A DNA stretch of 63,844 nt, the filler included, from Neoconidiobolus thromboides FSU 785 (Eukaryota; Fungi; Entomophthoromycota), in NCBI GenBank assembly GCA_025603075.1. It is 5 parts of 5 records of this genome, joined end to end, with 100 filler letters (N's around TTAATTAATTAA, not from the genome) between each part and the next. Parts side by side here need not be neighbours in the genome. Positions count along the whole stretch, not along the records: positions 50,428 to 62,679 come from MU626635.1; positions 62,780 to 63,844 come from MU627047.1; 3 more parts are not named here. One strand, written 5' to 3'. Made by a program: the position numbers and the translations under genes. How positions within the stretch are numbered: position 1 is the stretch's first letter; every line of letters starts with the position of its first letter. Shown piece by piece: positions 61,745 to 63,844 of this stretch. The notes beneath the pieces are model-generated. The model saw only the letters and a list, made by a program, of their open reading frames with translations. It made no database searches and was not told the DNA's origin.

Positions 61745-62553
61745 CCAAGCTTAGTGCTCCTCTAAACACTAGTATGGTATATCCATCGTAATAAGATACT
61801 TCAAATTTTGAGTAATTAATTGTCTAAGTTTATGACTATGTGATCTAGATTATCTACATTTACAATTTAAATACGTAATCTTTTTAACTGCAGATACTGC
61901 TCACTCAAAAAGTAATCGAACTCTTCTATTTTAGGACTTATAAGAGTCAGTTTTATCATCTCTAAATCATCCAACTCACTTAACAAATTTCCAAAATATG
62001 GTATTTTACTATCACGAGTGTCTTTAATCGTTAGTGATACTATGGTTGATGACAAATATTCGCTTATTATCGTTTCAAAATAGTTACCCAATCTACCAGT
62101 TCCTAAATCCTTTATATTTTGAAATATTTATTTAGTATGGATTTTGTTCACTAATATGCATGTTTTGGTTGTCATGCCATCAATGAAAGTTGTGCAAGTA
62201 AGTCCTGTCAGAGGAATATTTTTTAAGTGGTTCCTTTTTTTTAAATATTTACCTAAATATATGTACAATTTGGTGCTATTTGGGTATATTGAGAAATGCA
62301 CCAGTAGATCCGAATATGATCTAAGGTCCAAGGTTTTTATGTAATGGCCATATTTTTTGTAAGCTTCTTTCACTTTTCTATTATCATTATAGTATGAACT
62401 TGGAGTTATGTCTCCCCATAATATGAGCGTTATCGCTTTATTCCATTCTTTACAGCAAATAAGCAAGTTAAATTTATCCTTATCTGTGAGATGATATAAA
62501 ACCTCTTTTATCATCTTCCTTTCCAAGTTCTCAAATTTAAACGAATTCCTCAT
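61745..62553 (-). pseudogene. F-box/LRR-like gene with in-frame TAA stops
   Basis: F-box-like IKEVLYHLTDKDKFNLLICCKEW; ORFs 62128-62568 and 61867-62091 share one frame, split by a single TAA; 3' end approximate. Confidence 0.65.
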
Positions 62554-62679
62554 ATTGGACCTAGTCAAAGTAAAAAAAATAAAGAAATAAAATGTTATGT
62601 TTCTTTATATACTCAATGATGTTTCATTATGCGTAAGGTGATGAATAAAATATGCATAAATTAATTTAATAAGATTGCT

Positions 62680-62779
62680 NNNNNNNNNNNNNNNNNNNNN
62701 NNNNNNNNNNNNNNNNNNNNNNNTTAATTAATTAANNNNNNNNNNNNNNNNNNNNNNNNNNNNNNNNNNNNNNNNNNNN
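62680..62779. other. Artificial contig linker
   Basis: N-TTAATTAATTAA-N. Confidence 0.97.
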
Positions 62780-62802
62780 TCTGCCAATTAAGCTAATCTC
62801 CC
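62780..62802 (-). tRNA. 5' fragment of a mitochondrial tRNA (Val-like), cut by contig end
   Basis: GGGAGAT-TA-GCTT-AATTGGCAGA; resembles the fungal mt trnV 5' end; anticodon not visible. Confidence 0.65.
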
Positions 62803-63146
62803 GCTGTTTTTACATATTTTAATGCCCCTTTACTTATTTCATAATAAAATCCTATTGTTAATATTATTATGAATATTATCATTATCCAATATGTGTATAT
62901 ATTATTTATTGTTATCCCATATGGTAATAATACTATTACCTCTATATCAAATATTATAAATAATATCGCTACTAATATATATTGTACATTTAAAGTCGCT
63001 CTACAATCCCCTAATGGTATTAATCCACATTCATATGGTGATAATTTATTTATATATGGTTTATTATCACCTAATATTAAATTTACAAATAATAATATAA
63101 ATACTATTATTGTTGTCATTATCATTAATATTATTAAATTATTCAT
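62793..63146 (-). CDS. nad3: Mitochondrial NADH dehydrogenase subunit 3
   Basis: KLSPYECG, YILVAILFIIFDIE, LTIGFYYEISKGAL. Confidence 0.95.
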   Translation of the reverse strand: MNNLIILMIMTTIIVFILLFVNLILGDNKPYINKLSPYECGLIPLGDCRATLNVQYILVAILFIIFDIEVIVLLPYGITINNIYTYWIMIIFIIILTIGFYYEISKGALKYVKTAGD

Positions 63147-63186
63147 CTCCTTTCCTTTCTTCCTATTTTTTTTTTTCGATCTTTTG

Positions 63187-63257
63187 TAGGATTAAATGGA
63201 ATCGAACCATTATCTCTTAGTTATCGGCCAAGCACTTTCCCTTTAAGTTATAATCCT
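63187..63257 (-). tRNA. trnI: Mitochondrial tRNA-Ile(GAU)
   Basis: Acceptor AGGATTA/TAATCCT, anticodon loop CCGATAA, GGTTCGATTCC. Confidence 0.92.
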
Positions 63258-63260
63258 TAT

Positions 63261-63334
63261 TACGTTCTAATGGACTCGAACCATTATTCCTTAACTTCGA
63301 AGGTTAATACTTTTTCCTCTTAAACTAAGAACGT
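63261..63334 (-). tRNA. trnR: Mitochondrial tRNA-Arg(UCG)
   Basis: Acceptor ACGTTCT/AGAACGT, anticodon arm TTAAC-CTTCGAA-GTTAA. Confidence 0.92.
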
Positions 63335-63449
63335 TCTTTTCTTCCCTTCTCTTCTCTTTTCCCCTCCTTCTCTTTCACTTTCCCTGTCTAAGGAGGGGAT
63401 GGAAGGTTTTTCTCCTATCCATTAATTATAAATCAAACACACAAATCTA

Positions 63450-63844
63450 TTATCTTTTTTTTATTATATTTTTATATGCTTGGTCTAATCTCTTTTGTTC
63501 TTCTTGAATCTTATTCAATTCCTTTAATATATCTTTTTGGATTTCATTATTAAAGATTTCTAATAATTCCTTATCTGGTTTATACTCTATTGATGTTAAT
63601 AATTTATTTATTTCTTTTATATCCTTACTTATCTCTTCTATTTGTACCACCTTATCCTTTATACTCTCATTTATATCTTTAATCATTATTTCATTTTTAT
63701 TTATTCCTATTTTTGTTAATATTTTATCTGTTACATATTCTATTTTAGGCATAAATATTCTATTCCTTCCTGTTCTCTCTATTATATTATCATAAATCAC
63801 TAAACCACCTAGTATTCCTCCACTTGTTCCTATTACTGTACATA
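63450..63844 (-). CDS. Mitochondrial ORFan, 5'-truncated (putative TM segment + coiled coil)
   Basis: Frame stays open to the window edge: ...CTVIGTSGGILGGLVIYDNII..., then a heptad-rich I/K/E region. Confidence 0.5.
   Translation of the reverse strand, partial: CTVIGTSGGILGGLVIYDNIIERTGRNRIFMPKIEYVTDKILTKIGINKNEIMIKDINESIKDKVVQIEEISKDIKEINKLLTSIEYKPDKELLEIFNNEIQKDILKELNKIQEEQKRLDQAYKNIIKKR

Noticed and set aside
61867-62568. TAA readthrough or reassignment in the F-box ORF
   Set aside because: TAA is the normal stop of many intact genes here; pseudogenisation or sequencing error is simpler.
62780-63844. Possible NUMT
   Set aside because: It is a separate contig behind a linker with intact nad3 and tRNAs, so most simply true mtDNA; no nuclear junction is visible.

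Overview
A very AT-rich fungal sequence with short (about 43-80 nt) GT-AG introns. Gene content (secreted tyrosinase, subtilisin, class-3 lipase, MHR transcription factors, F-box remnants) suggests an early-diverging, Entomophthorales/Conidiobolus-like fungus; this is inference. The window is not contiguous: five contigs (1-12032, 12133-40566, 40668-50327, 50428-62679, 62780-63844) are joined by artificial ~100-nt N/TTAATTAATTAA/N linkers, and the last contig is mitochondrial (nad3, trnI, trnR, a partial tRNA, an ORFan). Nuclear housekeeping genes include CLF1, DCAF4-like, INO1 (partial), PET117, a TBC GAP, RPL7, KAE1, NDUFB2-like, OCT1, RAD51 and tRNA-His. Intergenic DNA holds about 26 copies of a ~100-bp TA-flanked MITE and four copies of a larger composite repeat. 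Top leads: (1) the 9.66-kb contig 3 is bounded by near-identical, outward-facing transcription-factor genes whose upstream homology has decayed, a candidate gene-conversion palindrome or invertible cassette; (2) all four local paralog pairs are inverted; (3) RPL7 has a candidate 3-nt microexon and an oversized structured intron; (4) a repeat copy is rearranged into a ~190-bp hairpin; (5) the nad3 stop codon lies inside the next tRNA gene; (6) bacterial-like yellow/MRJP and pip genes are neighbours.
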